Below the pieces are notes generated by a model. The model was not told where the DNA came from, did no database searches, and saw only the letters and a list, made by a program, of their open reading frames with translations. DNA of 64,000 nt from Cycas panzhihuaensis. Its lineage: Eukaryota; Plantae; Cycadophyta. Shown here piece after piece: positions 48,641-61,317 of this stretch. A program made the position numbers and the translations under genes. The stretch covers positions 233,065,741 through 233,129,740 of the forward strand of contig CM041465.1 of assembly GCA_023213395.1 (NCBI GenBank), in the 5' to 3' direction. Within the stretch, counting starts at the first letter, position 1. Every line of letters starts with the position of its first letter.

Positions 48641-49632
48641 GTGTTTTAAAGTCAATTATCTCTGGGCAACATTTGGACGTGCTTGTAATCATTAATAGGC
48701 TTATTAATTACACGAATAAACAACCATGGAGGGGTATTTTACAACATGGTGCAAAAAAAACCATTGCAACAATGGTAGTGTCGACTATACAGAACAAAAG
48801 TCTAGAAAATTGGGGTCCTAATGAAACAAACGAGAAGAAAAACAAGCATCATAAAGTCAGGTTAGGCCCTTTATAAAAATAGGTTTTTGATAAGTTTAGT
48901 TTTCATTTTCATTTTCAAGTATTACAAAATTTATCAAAAACCTAAAAACTTATTTTATCCCAAAACCTTCCCAAGCTCATAGTGAGGAAACTGATTGTTG
49001 GATTTTTGAGCAACTAGACCTGTTAAATCTGGAATTTTGAGATAGTTGGCTAGGCACTAGATCTGGTAAGCCTAACCCTTTGCATTTTTTGTAATTTCTT
49101 TTTTTTTTTGTTTTTTAGGTTTTTCTAGGACCATGCCCTATTTTTTCTGATTCTGATCAAATGGAGTCTAATTGAAACCCCATTTGAGGCTGGATCGGGG
49201 TAGTTTGATACCTTGGTTCTTTCTAATAGATCAATTTTGATCCATTTTGTTAAATTTTTAAAATTTTTGTCAAATTTTAAGTTTTTGTGGGCCACGGAAT
49301 TCCTCGCAGTATAGGGTTGTGATACTTTGTGGTACCGCGAATATCACAGTGGTACCACTAGGATTCCTAGTGGTACCACCATAATTTTAGTGGTATACCC
49401 TGTCTGTCAAAAGACAAACCAAAAACTTTGTGGTACAGGCTGTAACCAATAATTTTTTAAGTTCTTTCAGACAAATTTGTTAGTTAGGGTGTTCATTGAG
49501 TGATAAATGTTTGTTGGCTTTAGACATGAGAGTAATTGAATTATTTGACTTATTGTTGGTGTTTGTTTTCAACCCATTACAACAATTGATAAATGTGTGA
49601 ACATAGGATTAGCTATGTTAGTGCGAACAACC

Positions 49633-50330
49633 ATGATGAATGATGTCAACAAAGATGTTTTGACATGTTGCGGATTGCTTAGAGTGGTCACATGTGGGTA
49701 GTATGTATCCGATTAGGCCTTGCTCATTGATATTGTCTCTCATTGGGATCGTCAATAATAGGTATTCCACCTACCCTTGGTAGGTGATGTGATGATCACT
49801 CCCTGGGATGTGATGAGGCTTTTACAAGTCCCATGTACAAGACCGCTGCTTGAATTGTACACATTCCCTAGCACAATCAAGGTCCACTAAGCAACTGTGA
49901 CATTCTTCTATATGAGAGGCCATTGGAATAAATGCAAAGGTAGATTTCGCAAGTTAATGAGCTTAGGAGTTTTGCAAGTGCGAAAGTTGATTGTTTGCAC
50001 CATTTTTTTTAGGATTTCTCATTGCTAAAACTATCGTGAGTTTCTTGCCGACTGGATGGATGTGGTTTGTCAATGTGAGGTGGGTGGGAGGTTGGATTGG
50101 GCCACTTTGATAGTGGAAAACATGAGGATCCAACTTACGGCAGGCCACGATGGTTTCTCATATTGCACCCTCCCACAATGTTGGTTTTTTTAACATTTCC
50201 AAGGTGGAGAGCCAAGGGGAGGTTTGCATCCTGTGGCAGATGGAGATCCCTTAGTATCTAGGTGACCCACCTGCTTTAGGAGCCTTGGTGCCTTAGAGCA
50301 AGTAAGTAGAATGGTTTATGCCACATCATC
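49633..50330 (+). pseudogene. Plant mobile domain (PMD, aminotransferase-like) ORF relic
   Basis: D*ALLIDIVSHWDRQ**VFHLPLVGDVMITPWDVMRLLQVP matches the PMD core L..ALVERW.....TFHLP.GEMTITLEDV...LGLP. Confidence 0.75.
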
Positions 50331-53300
50331 GGATAGAGTTGGGATGGACAATTATATAGTAGATCCATACAAAGAAATCCATGGGATTTGATGTGGACAA
50401 GGAGAAGCCAATTGTTGTAGGTGGCGATGGTGATGGAGGTGGAGCCCTTGCACTGTTGTAAGGAGAACCAGAGGGAGAGTCAGTTGGTGGAGGGGAAGCT
50501 GAGGGAAGTGATGACCCAATGACAATGGAGGGCAAGGAGGTGGCTCATGATGATGGTACATTTCCTGCGCTAACCATTTATCTTTTTGTGCTTGGTTCAT
50601 GTTAAAAGTTTTAATTGGTTACTATTTTGATTTAGATCATAGTTACTAACTGTGGCCTTGATTTTGTTACAAATGGAGGCTTTACACCTGACTTTGTTTG
50701 ATAGGCACTTGACTCTTTGTTTTTTATGGTATATGCAAAGGGACAACATCTCATGATTAATACAAATGAGCCAACCATTTCTTGTCCTCATATAGTTGTT
50801 TTTGCCCCTGTAGTGAGGGCCCTTGCGATGAGGGGGCCAGAACAAGGCAAGCTACAGGCTTGCATTAGAGAGCTCAAGGTCGAGTAGGCTACTCAAGTAA
50901 TAGGAGGGATCCCAGTAGTTGCACCCCCTTTGTAGGTAGTCCCAGCGACCGAGGTTCAAATAATAGTTTTGTAAGCACAATTGGCTATCGTGACAAGAGA
51001 GGGGGATCAATTATAGACTTGATATGATTGATTGGTTGATCGCTTGGCTTAGAGGTCATCAAGGAGTCATTCCTGGACACACACCACCACACCACAAAGG
51101 GGGGAATAGAGAAGAGCCAAAGATGAGGGCAGTCGAGTAGGGCCCTCCCAGCGCCAGCGGGTTGCTCCACCCATTGAGAATTTAGAGACACCATAATAAC
51201 GAGTGGAAACGAGGGGGGGATTATTGTATTATGATTGTATCATTTTGGGCGAGGCAAGAGGCAAGTTGGACCTACAAGGGCTAGGGTGTGTGTATCATGT
51301 AGCCCATTGGGCATTTGCAAACCCTTGCAGAGACCAACTCCTTCAACACATTTGTGCATATCTATAGGTGGGGGGGCTTGGTCAACAGATGGGTTCAGGG
51401 GAGGTTGCATCGTGATTGGTTCTTTAAGGGGTCAATCGACAACAAGGCACTTCCAAAACCCCAATTTGTGATGGTTTGGAGGAAGGTTGAGGGATTCCCC
51501 TGCAAAGTGTTTGAGCAATGCCTCGTCGTTCTTGAAGCAATCGATGCTATCAATGGTCTTGGATCATATGGAAGGCAGAGATCTTTCAATCAGCGGGTTC
51601 ATGCATCGATCAAATTCTCACTCAAAGTAACAAGGAGATTCCTTAGATGAATTCAAATGTTGATGTTGGAGGGGTATAGGATCAAGCTCTCTAATGGGAG
51701 GGTTGGGAGGAAAGACATATGGGATTTGTTCTGGCTCTAGGTCAAAGACAAGAGGGCCAATGGGCTTGTGAGAAAAGAGAGGTGGGGGAGAGTCACAAAT
51801 AATGGACTTATCATGGGAAAAAGGCCGAATTAGACTCATTGTTTGAATCATAGATGGGAGGGACTTGACCCAATTCAAGTTAGATAACAATTAGGTTTTG
51901 AAAGTCCTACAGATGGTGAATCATGTTATTGGTTTGCAGTGGGGAAGGGCGATGGACTTCGTCAATTATTGAAGGAATGGTCTTTGTTGGGGGGCGCTCA
52001 GGAATCTTGAGCATGTTACCGAAATGGGCAATTAACCAGGGAACCATTGCATGGTAGGTTGCTCAAATGGTAGGTTCAAGAGTAGGTGGGGTTGCATCTT
52101 GCGACTCAAGAATTTCCTAAGGCAAATCAGGGTGGCAATTGTGGATTAGTTGGTTGAAATGGCACATGAGCTAGGTTCATTGAAAAGGAGACATTCTATG
52201 AGGTGGAGGGAGTGAGGGCTTAGCTCGAGGGTTCTCTAGAGGGTATTGTTAAGACTTGGATGGGGGAAGGACCTTTGAGAAGGGCCAAAAGGAGGGGGAA
52301 TGTTTGCATAAGGCGATTCCCCTTGGGTTCAAGAAATCATGGCCACCTAACGTGCAGGAGGCTCGAGGCCTTGATTATTAGATTCTAGGTTGCTAAGGAC
52401 AACAAAATATCCATAGCTAGCCCCTTTGATTGGGGAGAAACGAACAATGTTTGGTCATGCCAAAGGGGGGTCATCGTCAAATTGAGGGCCTAGATCCTAT
52501 AAAAAAGTGTTGAGGGAAGCATTTCATTTGAATGTTTCATCACCTTCTACATTAAAGATAACTTGAACAATAGGTTGGGATGATCGAGAGGAGGGTGCTT
52601 CATGTGCCACAACTCAGACTCTTCCATTGTGGACAAACTCTAGTTGGCCCCACAAGGAAGCGCAGATTATCCCCATCTGGTCTAACCATGGTTGTCCCAG
52701 AAGGATGTTATAACTGACATTGATGTTAAGGACAATGATATTGGCGAGGATGGTCTTTTCCTCAACAGTAAGGGGAAGGGTAACTACCTTAAGGGGTGCC
52801 CTTTCACTTCCATCATATCCTTAGCACTTCCATGGGATTGGTTCAAGGGCCCCAATGCCCAGCTCCTCAAGCATTTGGGTAGGCATGGCATTCATGGAGG
52901 AAGGTAGTGCCAAAAGCGCTCTCACTCTTTGGTGGGAAGCATATTTTTAGGATCAAAGGTTATAATAGGTTGGTCAGTGGAGGTGGTGGTGATAGTATGG
53001 ATGGGGACTTCTTTGTGCCCTAGGGCTTCTAGAAGCAGGTTTTGCTAGTTGGGGTGACTTCGCAGGACGTCCATCATGGACATACCCACAAAAACTCTAT
53101 GGAGTTCCTCTACAATAGAGAAAGACTTCCCTTTGCCAGTGGGTTGGGGAAGGGCCCTTTTGAAGTTGTTATGACTAGGGCGGATAGGAATAGTCTTGGG
53201 AAGGATAGGGATCTCGACTAGAAGGGGTTCAATGGGTGGTTATTGGGAAGTGCAAGCTTCTTCGGCTTCCTTGGTTGCTTGGGCTCAGGTGATAGCAAAC

Positions 53301-55869
53301 ACTTAGGTTATGTTGAGTATCTAAATGACTCCTTTTTCCTTAGCATTATAGCGATGGGTAGCTTGGGTTGGCTCTTGGCTTTTGGGAGAGGAAACTATTG
53401 GCTTAGGTTGGGATTTGTCTTTGGTTTGGTTTGCAATTGGGCTAGGTGGGGGCCTCTTTTGATGTTGGGGTTGTTCCCTTCCTCATTGGTTTTGTGGTTG
53501 AGTTGATGGTTTAGCGGCATCATAGCTTGGGAAAGGGTTCTAATGGACTAACTGCTCAAGGTTAGGTTTGGATACAAATTGTGAAAGAGGATCCCAGGGT
53601 GGTGCTTACTCAGAATGCTAGGTCCAACAATGGGCAATGTCATGTGTGTAATTCCCATGAACGAAACACCACCTCTTTTCGGGGGGCAGGGGTGGGAATG
53701 TGGGGAGTCTTTTTGTCTTAGGGAAGGGTAGAAATTGTGCACTTAGGTTGGGGAGTAGTCTGGCTTGCTTGGTGAACTGATCTATACCCATGTGAGGGAA
53801 CATGTGGTGAGGGTTGGTTTAGGGATGGTTGCAGTTTTAGGTCTTTTATCACTCATTTGAATGAGCAAATGGCATAGGTTAGAGAATCCATAGTTCTATT
53901 AGTGTCGCAGACAAGGGGCCTCAAAGCTTATTGCTTGGGCCTTTGGTGTCACAGTGGAGGCAATCTCTTGCATCATGGGGTGGTCTATTGACCCTTTTAA
54001 GGCATGCTTAGATCTCGATTGACTCAAAAGCCAAGCATTTGGCAATTGCCAAGTCACAGGTAGTCGTGCCCATCTTGAGCACTTCTTTGGGCAAAGGGCA
54101 TTCATAAAGATGCCCCATTTTAGGTCCTTAGGCAATGTGGCCTTGGATGAATGAAGCAAGTTGTGGAAACAACATATGGAGTCTCAGTTGAGTTCTTTAT
54201 GGCCTTGCTTAAGTGAGAGAAGGGCTTTAGCTTCACTCTCAAAAGGGTGTACAATGTCAAAATTATGAACAAAGGTGTCCACGAATTTCTAAAAGCAGTA
54301 GATGGAATGGGTAGGTATATAGTAGAACCATTTCAGAGCATCCCCCCTAGTGAGACCCCAGGAACAACTTCATCGGGTTATGGTTATAAGACCAATAGTT
54401 GATACACGCCATAACAAATGCCCTGATGTGATCAACAGACCATGGGATGAAGTACCTTCAAACTTGGGCATTCTAGGGGGTGGGGTGGCAGGTTGGTCTA
54501 GGCTAGTCCAATAATCAATGAATGGGTGTGCCTTAGGCTAAGCTAAGGGATCAAGGAGTGGAATAGTAGGTTGAGGTTGATAAGCTTGTTGTGCTTGGGC
54601 CCCACCATATGGGGCATACTCTTGTTGGTAGGATGGGTATTGAGAAGCAAGTTGGGGGATGCCCCAACCTAATAAGGAGTTGCCACTCATATAGATGGGC
54701 CAAGTATGTGGGGAGGGGGTCATCCATAGAGTGAAACACCATATGAAGGGGTGTGGTAAGAAACTCTACCCTATGCAATGCCTCCCTAAGGAATCAATGC
54801 ATAAGATGAAATGGGTGTTGGCCCAAGTTGAGCTTGGTAAGTTTGGGCAAGCGACACTTAGTAAGAAGGGGTAGGTTGAGGGGCTAGGATTGGACGAAAT
54901 AAGATGAAGGATGGGCAACTGGGTTCTGCCCATGTGGGCCTCCGATTGGAGGGGCAACCCCATATGGGTGGAGTAGATTGACTTCATAGGTAGGTAAAGG
55001 ACGAGGCCCACCCTGCTCCCATTGTTAGGTGACATACCTAGGTGGAACAAAGGTGGACTAACCAGGTTGAGGAATAGGTTGGATAAGACGTGTAGGAGGG
55101 TGAGGCATCCCTCCAGGTCATGTGGGGTGAGGGCAAGGCAAAATAGAAAGTATAAAAGGAGCAGTCTAAGTAGTCATTGACTGTGGGATGGGGTATGGAG
55201 GCTTCTTGTTGGAGGAACAAGTGAGGGGATAGGTGAAATGGCCTGCGGAATGAAGGGACTAGATTGAGGACCTACTCCTAATGAAGGGCCCATGGATAAG
55301 GCTATTATCGGTAGGGGTTGGGTAGGTGGAGTAATGGTTTGGGTAATGGACTGAGGGATAACCTATTGTTGAGGCTAGGAAGGGGGTGGAATAGGAACAA
55401 ATGGAACTGAGGTAGGTGCACTCATAAACAAGGGGCAAGCCCAAGTAGGAGTGGTCTCTCTTACAGCTACCTCCAATTGTGTTCTCAAGGTAGCAACGAT
55501 ATCCCAAGGAGTGTTCTGGATCTAAAGAGGATCAAGGACCTACTTACCCACTTGGGCTTAGTCAAAAGAGAGAGCCTGAGTTAATGACTAAGGGATCTCC
55601 AATGGCATGAGTAGGGGACCTCACTAGATTTTGAAAGAGTGCTTTCACTTCGTAGGCTTTGCAAGCTAGATTAGCTCCCTCTTGATAAAACTATTTAGAC
55701 CAATAAGGATCTACAATTTGCGACCAATCCTAGGCATAGGCTCAATATGGATCCTAAGCTTTAAAGGGGGCCTAGGTGGAATATGGGTCCTAGGATTGGT
55801 ATGGCTAGGTAGGGGAAATCCTCATCGAGAGGGATGGTGAAGTTAGTAGAGTCTCACTCTCTCTCAAAG

Positions 55870-58110
55870 GGCTAGAACAAGGGAGAAGGTAGGGAGATAG
55901 CACGCGATGCAAGGCTAACACCCTTTTGGCGAGCCCCTAGTATGGTTGCCAATGAACACGGACATGTGAGGGGAGAGGGCAAGCAAACACATCCCCAACA
56001 ACGAACCCAAAGGGTGAGGGGAATCCAAGCAAGGAGGGGCGTGAGCATATGCTCCCCGCAGGGCATTTGTACGGCTCTTGTATGCAAGGTGTGGAGGTGA
56101 TGGACTCTTCGTTTTATTAGTTAGACTAAGGGTAACATGTAGGTGTGTGCGACATGTCAGAACATGTGACAATAAAAGAAAAAATAGAGCTAAAACAAAC
56201 TAGCTAACAAATGAAAGATGCAGTGCAACCAAACAAATGAATAGTCATTCATCAGCTAATGAACGTGAATTGAAAGCTAACTAAAAATAGTTTGAACGAA
56301 CCTCAAACTCATGGAGGGTGAAGAAGTTAGAGGCCACCTCTCTCAACAGGATGAATGAAGCTCACTCGACTATCAACGCCCTACATAGAAGTACATGGTG
56401 AGAATATGCATCTTTCAATGGGCTATTCGGAACACAGATTGGAGACTCTAACACTTAAAGACACAAGACAATCCTTCTCATCTAGCAATGACACTCAAGT
56501 AGAAAGAAAACTAACCCCCCCCCCGCCGCCTTTTCAGTGGAAAGAAGGCCTTACTTCCTAAAAAATACTACGAGGGGCAAATAATACACAATCCTAATAC
56601 AACTAGTATGCAATTAAAATTGTGTGTGAACAACAAACAACTTAGCTAGTCAAATTAGAGTGTTGCCTCACAATAGATGCAAACCTCTTCCTCATTGGGC
56701 CCTCAAAAAGACACATGCCAAAATGAAAATGTAATTGTAATATGTGAAGAAAATAGAGGAAAATCCTTTTTAACCTACCTTTATTTTTGTTTTTTTTTCT
56801 ATGCTTTCTCTCTTTTAAAAATGAAATTCCTACATGCAAGGCAAGCAAAGAGCAAGAAACAATGCATGGTCAGTAGGTAGATCAACTCTTTTCCTAATCT
56901 CTTTCTTTTTGAAATAAAACTAAGAAATAAAATGTCACTTTTAAGACTTTTTTGTTTGGGAAAATCAAATTTATGACGAAGTGGTTTGAAGAATACCTAG
57001 ATAGAACGTCCCAAATATTCAACTTACCCTTTTTCAAAGTAGTTTTGTCTACATTTTCAAGTTGTAATCACACTCAAAGTGAAATAGGGCAAGTATGCAT
57101 ATAAAACTGACACCTAGGAAAAATCTGGCAACATTTCTACTTGTTGGATTTAACTATGACTAAAAAAAAAATTTGTTTTGAAATTGGAAATGTTAAATAT
57201 CACTTTTGAAAGTACATTTTTATACCAACCTTTTTGAAGCATTTGTGGTGGAATTTCAGCAATGTAACAGTTGCAAAATAGGCACTCAATGTTTGTGGAA
57301 GGGTGAATGGAGGAATGGGAAAAAAGGGGAGGTCCTCTACTAGCTCCAAATGCTCTCCAACCTACACACAAATCTTCCAAGAAGCTCCTCCACCTGCATA
57401 GCATAGTTTGATACAAAAAGCATATAGCATGCAAGATGAAAAAGCTACTAGAATGAAACTGCAATAGCCATTCAAACAAGAAAGCAAGTGGTATGAAAAG
57501 AGCCTCAGAAATGGCAAATTCTCCTCCCTTTTTTGAACCAAAATAAGTAATATTACGCCTCTTTTCTGCTGCAAGAAGCAAGGGAAGTGAAGCATGCATA
57601 GAAAAGAGGGCTAAAATCACAATAGAAAGTGCACATAGAAAAGGCAATTCAATGTCAAAAAATTAACCAACAAAGCCTTGGGGGAAGGATGAAAATCTTG
57701 GCAATGTGGGGGGTGTTGCCCTTATTCTAAGAGGGGGAGGGATGACAATGATGATCTACTCGAGCCAAATAGTAGTCCAACAGTGTCCAATGTTTAGACT
57801 TTGAGCCAAGTGTGGAAGCCAATGGTCAAGATTAAGGGAGCATGAGAAGTATGGTGAGAATCTAACAGCATTAATGACAGTTCAGGTAACTAGAAAATGA
57901 CCTCCCTTTTCTAATGAAAATAGGGGGTATGAATAGGAAAGGATAAGGTCTTAGGCCCACGATTTCAAGCCCATACATTGGGGAAAACTATGAGCAAAAA
58001 GACCATGTTGTTGGGGCCAAATCAATAGGTGGACACTTAATAACCCATGGTTTTAATTCAAATCCATATGCAACCCATGGGTTTGAAAAAATCGATAGGT
58101 AGACCCATGT
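55870..58110 (-). repeat. Direct repeat copy 2, lacking ~370 bp present in copy 1
   Basis: Jumps from aatagtttga (~56295) to cctcaaactcatggagg, which corresponds to ~46882 in copy 1. Confidence 0.85.
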
Positions 58111-58799
58111 TATGTCACCATAAATGCATGACCAAATGCAAGCTTATAAAAAATTCAAAGTGAAAAAATACATACTGCAAAGTTTACCATAGTACCACGA
58201 AGAACTTTACAATACTGCAAACTTCTAGTATTTGCAAATTTTCAACAAAAATCAGAATGGCATGACAAAAATTAAAATAGTATGATAAAAAATCAGAGCA
58301 GTATGGATAAGAATCACAGCGGGATGAAGTGAAAAAGCATGAAACAAAACATTTTTGAAGAAAAAAGGTCCAAAAGAGCAGGTTGAGAAAAAAAATGTTA
58401 TAACTAGGGAAAAAGAAAGATGAGATGTGTCTTGCAAAGGTACTAAAAGACCGTTCTTAACCTATTAAGCTCACATTAACAACTAGAAAGCCACCAACCA
58501 TGGTTGAAATCATCATTGGCTAAACACAAACACACTCATCCAATAGAACAATAGGTAAATAAGAGCATATGCTTATAAAACAATTACTCTAAGCTACATC
58601 AAGCTAAGTTGATAAAGAAGTAAGCACATACCTTCACTTACCTATTGTTGTGATGTCCATGAAGTTCCTAGATTGAGAAAAACATAGAGCATATTTGATA
58701 ATTGAATGTTGTGAATAGTCTCCAAGAGTAGCTTTTTCTTTAATGTTGTAATAGTTTTTCTTGCAAGTACAACTGGTCTTGATTTATCTTACACCTCAC

Positions 58800-61300
58800 A
58801 GTCTTTATAGTTTGTTCCTAAGGAATATTTCAAGATGGCAGTATATTTGTTGTAGTTCCTAGTATCCTTGTCGTAAGGCCTTTCATAGCTACAACTTCTT
58901 GTATGATTACCTCAATGCCTATCACAGTAGTGATCGCAGTCTCTTGCACCTCTTCTGCTACTGAGAATGCCCCAGTGGAAGCATCTTTGCCCATCGCCTT
59001 AACCAAAGATTTTACAGGATCTTGGCTTGTACTTCTAGCTTGTAGCTCTATCCATTTCTCTATATCATCTGGTTGCAAAATTTCCATGAAATCTTTCACT
59101 CCATCTTGGTAGCATTCATATAGCAGGTCTAGTTCTACTATATTGTTGTAGTTTCTCCTTATTATTTTTAGAGAGACAATCTTCCCAATTCTTATCTATT
59201 TCTTTGTCTAGAATCATGTCCAATTTGTAATAGATCTTTACATCTGAAACTGCATATGCTTCTTGAAGCCAATTCAATAAACAATTGGAGGAATTAGTAT
59301 CATCATCCAACTTTAGTTGTCCTTGTTCATTAGCCTCTACATGTTCTTTTTGTAGTCTTTTGATGGCTTCCACCAAATAAGGAGATTCAAGGTAGGAACT
59401 ACCTATTGGAAATGTGCTTGTAGTGGAAGAAGATAATTCTTCGTCCATGATTTTCTCATTTTAGGTCCATCCATCACAAATGGTAAAGTTACCATTTTGC
59501 ATCCAACAATGATTTGAGAAGTAAATCTTTCCCAGTCCTATATAGCCTTGGTGGCCAACAACAATGGATGGCCTAAAAGAGTTGCATAGGACTTCTTATA
59601 ATTTTGCATTTTAACTACAACAAAGTCCAAATAAACTAAAATATTGGCCACTTCAACAAGCACAAAATACAATGTAACCATGGGTTGGATAGAATGTTGA
59701 TTTGCCAACTGAGTTGAATAATCCAAATCTCCCAATGTCAACTTCCCCAATGCTACCTAGGTATTTTCTAGAAGCGCATTTACCCTTGCTCCACTGTCAA
59801 TGATAGTTTGACAATGTGTTTTCTCAAAACTAGTCATGGGTACTCTTGGATCTAGAACACCTTGTTTGACAACTTGTAGGACAGGTATCTCAATATGATC
59901 CAATAAATCTTGTTGTAAATATCCTACCTTCCACTATTGAAAGATTGTTTTCATTGGGATGGAAGCATTTGTTTCCATCAAGATTGCCTTTGCTGTGTGA
60001 AGTTGCTACCATGGATTCCTTGTTTCTATGACTACCATTGAGGGTTGCTTGAATGCTATCTTCTTTTCCCTCATTAGAACTCCTTACATTTGTGGCTACT
60101 TCTTTGATCTATTCCACCATCTGGACAACTTCATGTAAGGCTCACAATGCCTCTTGATAGTGTTGTTTCTTGAACATGGAATTGGGGAAGTCTAACAAAT
60201 TCTTTGGGCTTTTCAATACTTTTCCACTTTAGGTCCGTATCATAACTAGAATGGATGCTTTTGCTTCTTTCTAATTCTTACCGTTCAAGACCTTAATGGC
60301 CAAATCAATTGTCAAAGTTTAGGTATTGATCTTTAAACAGTCTTTCCACTCCTGGTTTCCTGGCCTATATTCTTTGCAAATGTAATCTCCTATTGCATTT
60401 TCCATGGGGCAATTCCTTTTAATATGGCACCATCGAAAACATAGATAATAACGTGTTAGAGACGTTTTTTCTTATATTGTTGGGTTGTATCTCTCAGCAT
60501 CTTTTAAGAATACACATTTCTAACAACCTTAATCGCTCATTCCTATTTCTCCTTTACATATTCCTATTTCTCATATTATAGGCATAATCTTAAGTATTAT
60601 GGTCAGTTAATCCGCAGATATCATGGCACATACCTTCTGACATGCTCGTTTTGAGTATGGCCCTGCTGGTTACATGGAAAAGGAATCTAAATATTAGCTC
60701 GTTCTGGTGCAGATTGGAGTTTTAACTTTTCAATTTCGACTTTTAAGCAAACAATCTCTGGCTAATAAGTTTTTCTAGGATCAAGAACTGGAGGTAAGAT
60801 TTGTCACTGAAGTACATCCAGTTCCTACTTCAACCACCCTGATTCCAAGTTATGATTCTCATGAGAGTAGTAATTGGACATTCTATATCTGGTTCTTCAA
60901 TTTGAGAGCTAAATCGTGAACCTGCTCATAGCTTGTCGTTGGGTGCAGATTAACTTTATCTTGGATTTGTGACAGCAACCCTTCTACAAAGTACTTGAGG
61001 ATGTTACGAGGAGAATTAGGGTTCTTGGCATCTATCTTATTGATGATGATCCACATGCGTGCATCAAAGTCTATTGCTATCTCCTTCAGCTTTTGTCTTA
61101 GCTCTTCTAGAGCTTGTAAGATTGATAAGGGGTTCCTCAATTTTTAGAACAGGTCCAAGAATAACTTCTGCAAATTTTCCTAATTGGGATTGGATTTTGA
61201 TGCATACTAAAACTGGGCAAATGGTGACACCCTACCTGAAAGAGGTTAATGTATTAAGGTCATTTGTGTAGATTAATTATGTGACCTTAGGATATATTGT
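58800..61300 (-). mobile_element. Gypsy gag-protease relic
   Basis: KYFVEGLLSQIQDKV...SYEQV (gag), two Zn-knuckle relics, and IIDSGARVN...LLGHPLL (aspartic protease). No RT seen. Confidence 0.7.
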
Positions 61301-61317
61301 TAGCATTAGTCTCTTAA

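Larger units (their letters stand above)
46140..58110 (-). mobile_element. Degenerate pol-less Tat/Ogre-like Gypsy unit(s): gag on the minus strand, antisense PMD ORF
   Basis: Gag at ~53600-54480 (MPKFEG, GDALKWFY, LSLKQG, FMNAL, WCFVHGNYTHDIAHC) with Pro-rich flanks. No RT or IN motifs found. Lineage assignment is inference. Confidence 0.7.

Noticed and set aside
50300-55800. Pro-rich ORFs as extensin-like host genes
   Set aside because: Fragmented low-complexity frames flanking gag inside the Gypsy element.
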